Position numbers and translations under genes: made by a program. A DNA stretch of 64,000 nucleotides from positions 34,986-98,985 of the forward strand of contig NIVC01003415.1 of the NCBI GenBank assembly GCA_002269645.1, given 5' to 3'. Of the stretch, positions 36,301-47,414 are shown piece by piece (positions within the stretch are counted from its first letter, which is position 1; every line of letters begins with the position of its first letter). The DNA comes from Macrostomum lignano. Taxonomy: Eukaryota. Under the pieces are notes generated by a model. It saw only the letters and a program-made list of their open reading frames with translations. It did no database searches and had not been told where the DNA came from.

Positions 36301-39300
36301 ATAAATTTATCAATCACAGGTTGCTGTGGAATCCACTGCCGCACAGCAACTCGCAGTTTATCCAACTGATTTGTGCGCCCTACCTGCGAATGTCGATGCC
36401 TGGCAGCAGCTGATTGCTGAAGAAATTGCTTCCAGAATCTACTTTGCAAGTCTTCAGTCCAGTATAAAAGCAGGAAATTCTCATTGAATACCGTGTTTTC
36501 ATTGCCAAATAATGAGTTAAGGTGTTTCAACAGAGCTTCTTTGGCTTCTTCAACCAGACGCCACTGCTCCCTGGAGTCCCTGTCCTGCACGGTGTCTCTC
36601 CTGGAGCGGATGTCTAAATCTTTGGTTAGCTCAGTCTTCTTTGAACGACCACCAAAGCGAATCAAGTCGACTTTCGAACTTTGCTGCGTGAGAATCTTAC
36701 GAATGAACTCGTCTAAAGCGTTGTTCTTGTAGGTGACCAACAGAACGGGACCATTCCTGTGTCTCTTGGTCTCCTGCGCTGTTAGGTACCTCACGAGGTG
36801 TGTACCAACGTAGGTCTTTCCACAGCCTGGCGGTCCCTGAATGACGGAGATTTTTCGCTGAGTACAGTTTCTAAACGCTTGCGCTTGCGACTCATCCAAC
36901 CGACTGCAGATCTCGTCTTTAAATGATTTAATATCGCATTTATCACGTTGAGCACATGAAAGCCTCGATCGTAGAATTCCTGAGTGAGGCCATCTAGAGG
37001 TTAAAGAGTCTCGCGAATAAGCCAGCACATCTGACTCTGCAGGCTCATCTTCACTGTCTGATTCTTCCAGTTGTATTGAATCGAAAGTGCACGACACCAG
37101 CTCCTTCTCCAGTGGCAGCGTCTTGCCATTCAGAGCCTGCACGTTCGCCAGCACGTGCCGGTAAGCTTGGAAGTAGGTCGGAGACTCGGCCAACCACAGA
37201 CTCGACTTCTGAAGTCGAAGCCGTCGCAGCAGATCACACAGCTCAATGCTGCCCGATTCGAATATCGGCTCGACAAAGATCAGACCAAACTGGTTCAGCA
37301 GACCGGAGTCCCTGTTACTCACCGTCACGCAAACAAACTCTGTGAAAGTTTCGTCAAACGACAAGCAGAGCAAATTTCCGAACATCAGCAACGGAGACTT
37401 CTCCCAGTTTTTCACCACCCTATTGAACGGCTCGATCTTGAGCACCAAGGACAACTCTTTGTGAGTAATATCGATGCCTCTGAGCTCGACTTGATGGTAG
37501 ACTGTCATGTCTCGGCGATTCAAATTGCCACCAATGAACTGCCGGATGCCGGATCTCAGCTTCTCGAAGCAGTCCGCACGCAGCAGCTTCAGGTTCGTCT
37601 CGAGATAATCGGCCACCGAGTCGTACGGAGCATGAGTTTGCATTGGCGGAAGCAGCCGGATCGTCTCGCCCATTTCGGTCGAGCTCAACACCTCCTCCTT
37701 ACTCAAGGTGGCTGACAGCTCGTGCCAGCTCAGGTCGGAGTTTCTCACTGGCAGGAACCTCCTGCACATCAGCTTGGTCAGCTCGAAAGCATCTTTTCCA
37801 GAAAAGTGAGTGTCGTAGAACTGCTGGCACAGCTGCATGATGAGGTAGCATCTGTCTGGAACCAGCTGACCAACCATCTCGCAGAACGTCTTGAGTGTAC
37901 TCACTTTGTCTGCTGAGTAACTTTTGCTCGCTGCCTCTGTGAACAGCTGGCGACAGGCGCCTCGATCGAGCTGGAAGTTCTTCTCGTGCATGAGATGCTG
38001 GATGCTCAGGCCGATGTCGCGCTGCTGGTATGCACTCGCTTTACTGTTGACTCGTACGAAGAACTCCAACACAGTGTACAGCGAGTCAGCACTCAGTCGA
38101 GGCCACTGACCGACGATCGACCAGCCAGGAGGAACCTCCAGCAACTGCTGAATGTCTCTGTTGCTCGTCTTGCTACTCAGCGACTCAATGAAGCTGCTGA
38201 CTTGTTGATCGCTTCGTTGGACGGGCTTCTCCAGCCGCATGTCCATTGTCGGCTTCTGGCCAGGCTTCGCCTCGCGCGGTGTGCAGGTGACCTGATCTCC
38301 ATGCTCGGGGTCCCAGCCGCTGAAGTACAGCTTCCGAGGCAGAACTGTTTGCTTACCGGTGTCGGTCGTCACGTGGTATATTTTCGATTGGCAAGTCTTA
38401 AGTGTGTGCGTCCCAGTTATTGTGCCCTTGATAGTGGGGCTTGCAGCTGGCAGAGCTGCTACTTTCAAGTCCTGTTTTACGAGTATATGTGGCGGTTTGC
38501 TGATGTCTCTCGCTACATCTTTTGTGCCATTTTTTTCGATTCTGTACTGCAGCCTGTCGCCGAGCTTCAGGTCGAGCTGCTGGACCCAGTGGTGACCAAA
38601 AATGACTCCGTGTTTGGCTGACGGACTGTCCTCGTAGGTAACGTAGCCGCACCTGCCGGGGCTGATATGAACCACATAGCCTGGATTGAGTGCGGTGGGG
38701 AACGTAAAGTAAGTAAAGGAGAACGCTTTTAACGGCTGATCAAGCCTGGATTTGTCTAATTGGTATCGAATCTTTTTACATGCTTCCTATGGTTGGAACG
38801 TCTGGGATGGGCATAAAGTTTGGGATGGGCATGAATCGTCTGAGTAGCTCTAGACTAATTTTTGTGTATAAGCCTGAATTAAATGTGGCCACGTACAGAA
38901 TCGCATTCAAACCGTTGAATGAGCTTACAGAGTTGTGATTTCGAGACACACACTCACCAAATCGGAACTCACTGCCGTCTTGACTACTCGTAGCTGGCGC
39001 TGCAGTCGGAGGCGCATCGACAGCAGGGCGAGGAAAATCTGCTGAATGCGTGCAGTTAGAAATAGGATGTCAGGCAGTGCTGACAACTGCTTTGAACAAG
39101 CTAACGACTCAGCATGTATCAGAGAACTGTTTAAAAGGAACTAAACTATGAGATCGGACGAGAGGAGATCTCGCTAGACTCGGTGGCTAGCTCGTCTGAT
39201 GCTGCATCTGAGAACAGCTTCTGACGAGCTAACCTCTTCTCAATGCTGCATCTGAGAACTGCTTCTGACGAGCTAAACTCTTCTCAATGCTGTATCTGAG

Positions 39301-40875
39301 AACTGCTTCTGACGAGCTAACCTCTTCTCAATGCTGTATCTGAGAACTGCTTCTGACGAGCTAAACTCTTCTCAATGCTGCATCTGAGAACTGCTTCTGA
39401 CGAGCTAAACTCTTCTCAATGCTGTATCTGAGAACTGCTTCTGACGAGCTAACCTCTTCTCAATGCTGTATCTGAGAACTGCTTCTGACGAGCTAAACTC
39501 TTCTCAATGCTGTATCTGAGAACTGCTTCTGACGAGCTAAACTCTTCTCAATGCTGTATCTGAGAACTGTTTCTGACGAGCTAACCTCTTCTCAATGCTG
39601 CATCTGAGAACCGTTTCTGACGAGCTAACCTCTTCTCAATGCTGCATCTGAGAACTGTTTCTGACGAGCTAACCTCTTCTCAATGCTGCATCTGAGAACC
39701 GTTTCTGACGAGCTAACCTCTTCTCAATGCTGCATCTGAGAACCGTTTCTGACGAGCTAACCTCTTCTCAATGCTGCATCTGAGAACCGTTTCTGACGAG
39801 CTAACCTCTTCTCAATGCTGCATCTGAGAACTGTTTCTGACGAGCTAACCTCTTCTCAATGCTGCATCTGAGAACCGTTTCTGACGAGCTAACCTCTTCT
39901 CAATGCTGCATCTGAGAACTGTTTCTGACGAGCTAACCTCTTCTCAATGCTGCATCTGAGAACCGTTTCTGACGAGCTAACCTCTTCTCAATGCTGCATC
40001 TGAGAACTGTTTCTGACGAGCTAACCTCTTCTCAATGCTGCATCTGAGAACCGTTTCTGACGAGCTAACCTCTTCTCAATGCTGTATCTGAGAACTGTTT
40101 CTGACGAGCTAAACTCTTCTCAATGCTGTATCTGAGAACTGCTTCTGACGAGCTAACCTCTTCTCAATGCTGTATCTGAGAACTGTTTCTGACGAGCTAA
40201 ACTCTTCTCAATGCTGTATCTGAGAACTGTTTCTGACGAGCTAACCTCTTCTCAATGCTGCATCTGAGAACCGTTTCTGACGAGCTAACCTCTTCTCAAT
40301 GCTGCATCTGAGAACTGTTTCTGACGAGCTAACCTCTTCTCAATGCTGCATCTGAGAACCGTTTCTGACGAGCTAACCTCTTCTCAATGCTGTATCTGAG
40401 AACTGTTTCTGACGAGCTAAACTCTTCTCAATGCTGTATCTGAGAACTGCTTCTGACGAGCTAACCTCTTCTCAATGCTGTATCTGAGAACTGTTTCTGA
40501 CGAGCTAAACTCTTCTCAATGCTGTATCTGAGAACTGTTTCTGACGAGCTAACCTCTTCTCAATGCTGCATCTGAGAACCGTTTCTGACGAGCTAACCTC
40601 TTCTCAATGCTGCATCTGAGAACTGTTTCTGACGAGCTAACCTCTTCTCAATGCTGCATCTGAGAACTGTACGAAGTTATTGAGGAATCTGCTTAATCTA
40701 CCACTGGATTCAAACCATAACAGTATAATTGCTGTTCTCGTTATTACTAAACTTTATACTGACTGCTTGAGCCACGTGATTGATTCAGCTTACCTGGAAC
40801 TTCGCCACAGCCCAGGCTCAATCCTCCGCCGCGGCCTCTTGTAGCCCTTCTTTTGCTTCCTCTGCGTATTCCTCG
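33349..40875 (-). pseudogene. ZNFX1-like helicase / NF-X1 / PARP gene, copy A, possibly disabled. Exon remnant about 40875-40794; exons 39041-38958 and 38680-33349
   Basis: Near-identical to copy B over most of its length, with the same intron phases (…QDGSEFRFG|GYVVH…). A 1-bp deletion near 33639 (tca-gt versus tcaagt) shifts frame just before the PARP YGAGIYF motif. The exon-1 remnant (…RRATRGRGGG…) abuts a SINE fragment with no in-frame ATG. The frameshift could be an assembly error. Confidence 0.65.
39200..40670. repeat. 44-bp minisatellite, about 33 copies (tgctgcatctgagaaccgtttctgacgagctaacctcttctcaa), in intron 1 of copy A
   Basis: Directly visible. There are no spacers. Confidence 0.95.
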
Positions 40876-41125
40876 ATTCCCAGTGCAGTCACATTAAATT
40901 TGGCCTAAATTGGAATCTCGGCTTGGCTCTGCTCACGCAATTAACGTCCTTGAGGAGCAAACCCCAAGGCACAGTGAAGTGTACATGCCTAACGATAAAT
41001 AAAGTTAGGGCCGCTGTACACTCCTGTGACTGTTTGCCTGTGCGTATGACTGCGTACGTATCCGCGCGCTTGTGTGCCTGCTCAGGGGAGTCGGTGGAAT
41101 GGGCAGTAATGCCTCTCATCGGTTG
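40873..41125 (+). mobile_element. Truncated copy of SINE family 1
   Basis: gattcc.agtgcagtcacatt...ggaatct.ggcttggctctgctc...ggcacagtgaagtgtacatgcctaacgataaa...ggaatgggcagtaatgcctctc aligns with 6624-6857. The tRNA head and the 3' tail are missing. Confidence 0.85.
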
Positions 41126-41604
41126 TGCAAGGCATTACAACTCTGCAAATGCTACTGACAGTAGCGAGAAAAAGTGCATTCTAATAGTTGAGTTAAAATT
41201 TATCGCTTTCGGGTGAGTTTCTTAGAAATGTGCAACAGAGGCAAAACTGTGGATCTGAAGCTTTAAGGAGGCTGGCTCATCAGACCTTTTTGTATACGTG
41301 TATATTTTTACGAACTACTTGTATAGTTATATCTTGATTTTTGAAAATTTTTAAATAGATTACAGACTCAGCAACAACTGCTCACCATCGCCCTGAGCAG
41401 ACGCGCAGACATAGTCAAAGTCTTCGTCGAATACCTGTTGCTGAGACTGGTCACTGTAAGCCATGGTGACTCATAAGCTCGGTACCTGCAGCCTCTTAGT
41501 GACTCGGGCAGCTGACCTGAGAAATTTAATTCATGTTTATTATAGAGGTTTGTTGTTGTTCTTGCTGTTGCTTTGGTAACCAAGCCACTCAACACTGACC
41601 CTAT

Positions 41605-41900
41605 GGGGGATTGTAGCTTAGTGGTTAGAGCGTCGGACTCGCGACTTGAAGGTCGGGGGTTCGATTCTCGACCCCCTCAGAACAATTTGTGTCATTGAGC
41701 AAGACACTCAACTCTGCATTGCTTCAGTTCACCCAGCTATAAAATGGGTGCCAGCATTAGCTGGGGTAATTGAGGGTGTGTGGCGACCCCCCAGTCCTTG
41801 GACTGAACAGCCGTACGCAGCCTTCAAATGCGCTGCGCAATAGCTGCGGTTGAGCTGTCGGTTGCACATCTGCTTATTAGTTGATAAGTTATTTACATCA
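41605..41900 (+). mobile_element. tRNA-derived SINE, family 2, with a CORE-like central domain
   Basis: A-box TAGCTTAGTGG and B-box GGTTCGATTC, followed by tgtgtcattgagcaagacactcaactc...cttcagttcacccagctataaaatggg, which resembles the MIR/CORE domain from recollection of its consensus. The cloverleaf stems do not pair, so this is not a tRNA gene. The 3' end is approximate. Confidence 0.7.
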
Positions 41901-44359
41901 TTCAGACCCTGAAGGGGAGGCGGCCCCCTGCGAGTGTCCAAGCCTGCTGGAAAAGGCTTGGAACACAGCTGACGGTAGCGTAGCCGGGGCGGGGAGGCAC
42001 AGGGCAATTCACAGGGCATCGGAGTCAGAGTGACGCGGCAGTTAAGCGCTGTGTCAGTAGAATTTCTGAGAAACGGAAGTGAAGCAACAAATTTCCAAAT
42101 CGCTTTGCGTCGCTGATCTGAATGGAGATTTTCTGTCAGATGGTGCCTCCTCATCAAAGAGAGCCATAACCGTTGTACCGTCAGCTGTAGCTTTTATGTT
42201 TAACGGTGTATGACTATTTTGCTATTGGCGTTTCTTTTAAACGCTTAATAATTAATGACATAGACTAAAACCGCGGGCGCACGTCATTGACCGCAAAACC
42301 GTGGGACAACTTGTCTATGACAAAACTCCATCAGCGGGAATCAGCCCTATGCGTTCTCCCAGGTAACAATAGGTTAGAATATGCCGGATATCGGATATCG
42401 TTGGTTTAGGGTATTTTTACGCATTTCTTACGCTCATTCTCGTCCAACAGCATCATTGATTATATTGCTTACCTTGTGTTGCACTGATTCACTAATTAGT
42501 TGCAGATGCGCAGACTTGAATTCGAATCAGAAAAGTGAAAGTTACGCTCATAGCTTGTCACTAAACATAGATCGAGTCACTCTGAATATATAGCTTCGGT
42601 CTGACAATTTAAACTGGAGTTGGAAAGCCAAAGATTTCTTGGAAATGCTCGCCACCCCGTGGATGAATGTACATTTGTAGCTTATGTACATCTGTAGCCC
42701 AGCCATCAATGCACGCACCCGAGCTGAGGGGAGTTGCACACGAGTTAACAGACCCCAGAAGGTTTTTCGGCGTTATGATCTTTATGATGTCAACCTTGCC
42801 TGGTTGTCAGTGCCTCTTGGTATGTATGATGAAAGGCCCTGCAAGGTCTAATAGGGATTGCAATCGCGGCACATATCTTTGTTCTTATTTTTACAAACAG
42901 TGTTGTAATATGAACACAATTGGGCCCAAAACCAGTTTATAATACTGCTCTAATTTCCGTTAATTGCCTCACGTCGCGTGACGTGGCGTCTTTTTAAACC
43001 CGCTGCTGCTACCCGAGTGAAAACGAAGTCTGTCAGAGTTTTCGTTTTCGTTTTTTTTCAATTTACTGAATAGATAGACTTGGTAATTGGTAATGGTTGG
43101 TAGTTGATAAGCTCCCGCTTGGTTGGTTGGTACCTCGTAGTTGCTAGTATTTGATACTGTGTGAGTGAGAGTAGATTGTCTCAACCTCAATAGATCGAGT
43201 CAATCAATTTAGAGCTTCAGAAACTTTATTAATACTTTTTTGACAATTTTCTATTTTACGTTTGTATTCTATCCACATTCAACAGATAAACATAATAGTA
43301 CACGATGAATACATGTCTATCGCATTTGTAATTTCTAATTTGTTGGCATCACAGATTTAAATGTAAAATTTATTTCAATGTAAATTTTAATTGTTGATTT
43401 GCTTCTTAACTACTTATATAGTAGTACTTTTATAGTACGTAAATACATCACAAGATAATGCTGTTTTACATCTACAATTAGTTCATTAATAACTCTAATA
43501 ACAATAAAAAATGGAAGCAAAAAACGTTTTGCGCATATTTATTGGCCTTAAAATTTCAACACAGAAGCTGAAAAAGCATTATTTTTCTGATCCCTGGATT
43601 GGCCAAATTTCAGTATTAAAATCCCTAGGTCTAAAACATCTAAGGCAAATCTGACTCTCTATTTCAGAAATTCTGTTTTCTCTGTCTGTTTTTTTTCTAT
43701 TGTGATGGTCTGTTTTCTTGGAGATGTGTTCGTTAGTCTTTACAGACATACGAGCGTATTGAGCTGTATTTCTAGAATTTAATATTACTATAGTAATAAA
43801 CTTGGGTTCCAAACTTGCTAGCCTACTAACAGCAGGCTATGTGCGTTTTTCTTCCTCTTTTGTAACTTTTTTAGAATTCGTACTAGTAGGACTTTTGTAG
43901 CTATAATAATCTGCCATACTTGTAGTAATAATAACATAGGCGCGGTTTTTTGCTGCTTTTGGGTCATAAATCATTGCGTCTGAGCTGGTTTGACAGCCAC
44001 CTGCGCCTCAGTGCTGGGGCTGGCGCCAGATGGTCTGAGAGGATGCGGGCGGTAGCTTTTTTCTCATCATTTTGACAGTCCATCAAGATTTATGAGGTCA
44101 GGGCCTATTGTTCGGGTTCACTCAAGCGTGTGACAGCTTTGACAGCTATGCGTTTTACCCCTAAAAGTACGTTGGGATTAGCGATTAGCGATTTCTCTTC
44201 ATTACCTTCACTTTCTACTTAATAAGAGCTTTCTAATGTATATTTTCTCATTCATTTTTGTCAATTCTACGCGAAAAGTCATAAATCATTTTGTTGCGAT
44301 TTTGATTGTTTATGGCCGCATCTGTCATATTTTTACGACCCCGAGGGAACTGATAGGAT

Positions 44360-44500
44360 CTCCCGGTCACGTGACTTTGGGTGGCAACAAGCTCAGCCAA
44401 TCAGAAAATTCGACGCTCATTTTAATAAATCGGCTCAGCCAATCAGAATCAACGTGTTCCATTATAACAAACTGTGGTCCAGTTGGCGGCTATTTAAACC
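44360..44500 (+). promoter_or_regulatory. Promoter-like cluster: GTCACGTGAC E-box, two CTCAGCCAATCAGAA CCAAT boxes and TATTTAAA
   Basis: Motifs at 44366-44375, 44392-44406, 44434-44448 and 44491-44498. This could be the promoter of ZNFX1 copy B or part of an unclassified repeat. Confidence 0.35.
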
Positions 44501-45771
44501 GGTGTTTTTGGCTCTCTCGGACCAACTTATCACCCTTTCTGGAGACCGGCCAGGAACTTGCTCTCTCCCCGGCGCGACCGTCGTTTCTTGATCCCCGGAT
44601 TGCAACTCCCCCATCATCATCAAGGACGAATTCCCCCGGTCATCAGCAGTGAACATCAAAGTGAGGAGCATCACCTGCTAGCTATCTGCGAAGGTTGTGA
44701 CATCAGCATCATCCCGGGTCTACAGCTGCGAAGCACTATGCCGATTCGGTCACTGAGAATTACCTGGCCTCCGGCTGTTGAGTTTCTGATTGGTTGAGTG
44801 AGAGGCTACCTAGACTTGCTTGATTGAGTGATTCCCTATCTGTCCCCTGTTGCAGTAGCTGGATTAGGCGCACACTTTTGCTCGTTTTGTTCAGTAGTGC
44901 TGTTACTGAGGCAGAAACCATTCAATAATACTGCTAGTAGTCTGAAGCTCCAATTCAATCTGCAGTGTGAAGTGATTCAAGGAGAAGGTTAAATCTGACA
45001 GTTATTTTTATCGGTTTTATTTCTTTGTTCGCCGATGGCTCAGATGAGTAGCTAAGCTAGTAGGCGCCGGTCACAGTGGACCAATGGCAAGGCAGTTCTC
45101 AGTCGATCAATCTATCGAATCAGTTAGCGAAACTGCCAGTAGTGCAGAATCGGCGCCAGAGATGTACTTTGTGCACTCTAGGTTCGCCAAGCGGCTCGGG
45201 TAATGAATCATGCGGTCTCTGGGGTTCGAGTTAGCCTATCATCAGCGCTAGGAGAGGCTAGTTGGCGCGTTGAAGGCCAAAAGTGCAATTCCTCGTATTT
45301 AGCAAAGTAATAGTGACATGTAGCTACCCCATAGTCTCGCCACTGCAAGAATCCCCTGCACAAGTCCCCTCTGTACCTGCATGGCCAATGCGATCTAGTC
45401 CCAGCAGTGTCCCTTATCATCGGCTATGACTTCGAGATAGACAGCAAAAAGACACTAGTTGGCAGGTAAGTGCTAAGCCCCCTCTAGTCGGAAGCCCGAT
45501 TTCGAAAGTTCCGGTGTGGTGAGCCAGAGCGCACGGGCTGGTGGCAGCGGGTTAGTTAATCTGCGGATTAGCTGATCTCTACCTTCAAAATTCTCCCTGC
45601 TTGTCTCTCGCTGTCCCTCTCTTAGCTATAGGACATAGACTGCTCGCCACACGATCAGGCTGACCATCTGACAGGAGTGGTGGGCCAGGACTCTAATTGA
45701 TTTATTTCTGGGACCTGAGGCCCGAAGGCTTCCCTACAAGGGGGCCGAAAGGTCGAAACCAATCAGTACAA

Positions 45772-45845
45772 GTATTACTATTATTAGTATCACTAGTATT
45801 AGTATCACTAGTATTAGTATCACTAGTATTAGTATCACTCGTATT
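45772..45845. repeat. 15-bp tandem repeat (agtatcactagtatt)
   Basis: Directly visible. Confidence 0.8.
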
Positions 45846-46294
45846 CTAGGTCAATTCAGTTTGGTTTCCACCTCAACTTATGGTTCATGTCAAGAGTCCC
45901 GTCGAGATTCTTTCTTAAACTACCCAAAATTCATTATGGATCTCAAGTGGTTTATTCCCAAAATCATCCGGAAATTCTCTCCTAAGTTCCCCAAGAAATC
46001 CCTCCCAAAATCCCCAATATTTTTTGTCCAAATAATCCCTGAAAGTTTCCATCCCAAATTCCTTATGATTGTCATTCTGATATTCTCCCCAGGCCAAGCT
46101 CACCAGAGAATGCCTCCCAGTCCTGACTTACGAGGACCAAATCTCAACACCTGAAGTAAACAGAAAGCAGGTTCAGTTCACAGCTGATGGGGTGCTCATC
46201 CTCATATTCTCAGTAAAAATATTATACTGTATTGATTGCTGCAAAAGTTTTTACAATTTACACTCTCATAGAGTTTGAGAGAAGGGCGCAGAAC

Positions 46295-46863
46295 TAGGGA
46301 TTGCAAAATCCCGGATTTTTGTGATCCCGGGATCCCGGGATTTAATCCGGGAATTTGGCCAATCCCGGGATTGAATCCCGGGATCAGAATAATACAGATT
46401 TTTATGCTTCTAGGTTGAAATTTTAAGGCAAAATATGCGCTAAACGCTTTTTGCTTACTTTTTTATTGTTATAGAGATAATGATCTATTTGTAGATGATA
46501 AACAGCATTATCTTGTGACCTATTGAAGTAAGTAGTATAAATGTACTAATTAGTAGTGAAAAAGCAAATCAAATCAAAATTTAAATTGGAATTAATTTCA
46601 CATTTAAATCTGTGATGCGGGGTTTAAAAAGGTGCCACACGACGTGAGGCAATTAACGGAAATTAGCGCAGTATAATAAACTAGTTGTGGGCCTAATTAT
46701 GTTTATATTACAGCACTTTTTGTAAAAATATTAACAAAAATTAGTCCCGGGATTTGGGGTCCTGAATCCCGGGACTGGAAATCCCGGGATTTAGGCCCAA
46801 TCCCGGGATTTCGGCCCAATCCCGGGATTTCGGGATCCCGGGATCCCAGGATTGCAATCCCTA
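46295..46863. mobile_element. hAT-type MITE (569 bp) with TAGGGATTGCAA TIRs, 8-bp TSD CGCAGAAC and subterminal ATCCCGGGAT repeats
   Basis: TSD at 46287-46294 and 46864-46871. The TIRs are exact. An 8-bp TSD with subterminal repeats is typical of the hAT superfamily. Confidence 0.85.
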
Positions 46864-47414
46864 CGCAGAACACAGGGGCAGGGCTGAGGGCAGACTGTCG
46901 TTCTGCTGTATTCATTTGGTAGTACCGCACAGGTAAGTACGTATTGTCTAAAAATAGACGCATGTACACAGCAAGCAATGGTTTTCCTGTCTAAATGAAA
47001 GCACTGTGCAAGTGCAAGCATTAGACAATGTACATTGAGAATGAATTGGATGAAAATTTCCTGGAAAGTCGACACGTCTCGCCTCAACTGGGCCTGCCGC
47101 TTCTCAAGGCTACAAAATACAAATGCTCAGACAGTCCGTTTGATATTAAGCAGCTTATTGTAGCACAGACAGACTCTGAAGACTACGAAAAAGACGGATA
47201 ATTAGTGTTAAATATTTACAAAAAATAAGCCAAACGGTCTTTCAGAATCGTGTAGGTTCAGTGCATAGGTAGGTGCAGCCATCGAGTTCCTTTGTGAGTT
47301 CTTTCAGTAGATTAAAGACATCCTAGTATTGCAGGATTTAAAAGTACACAAAATTTAACCAATATTGCGCACGTACAAATAAAGGTGCTACTATTCCAGG
47401 TTCCGCAGAACAGC

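Noticed and set aside
33407-38652. Short ORFs overlapping or antisense to the ZNFX1-like genes (also 48660-53867) and to gag-pol (56511-60480)
   Set aside because: They are shadow ORFs of GC-rich coding sequence. Their recurrence in both copies only reflects the duplication.
41605-41680. tRNA gene
   Set aside because: A and B boxes are present, but the acceptor, anticodon and T stems do not pair, and the sequence continues into a SINE body. The head at 6560-6635 fails for the same reason.
45715-45765. Hammerhead ribozyme (GGCC-GAAA-GGTC-GAAAC resembles stem II plus GAAA)
   Set aside because: The required CUGANGA core is not present immediately upstream of the stem, so at best this is a degenerate relic.
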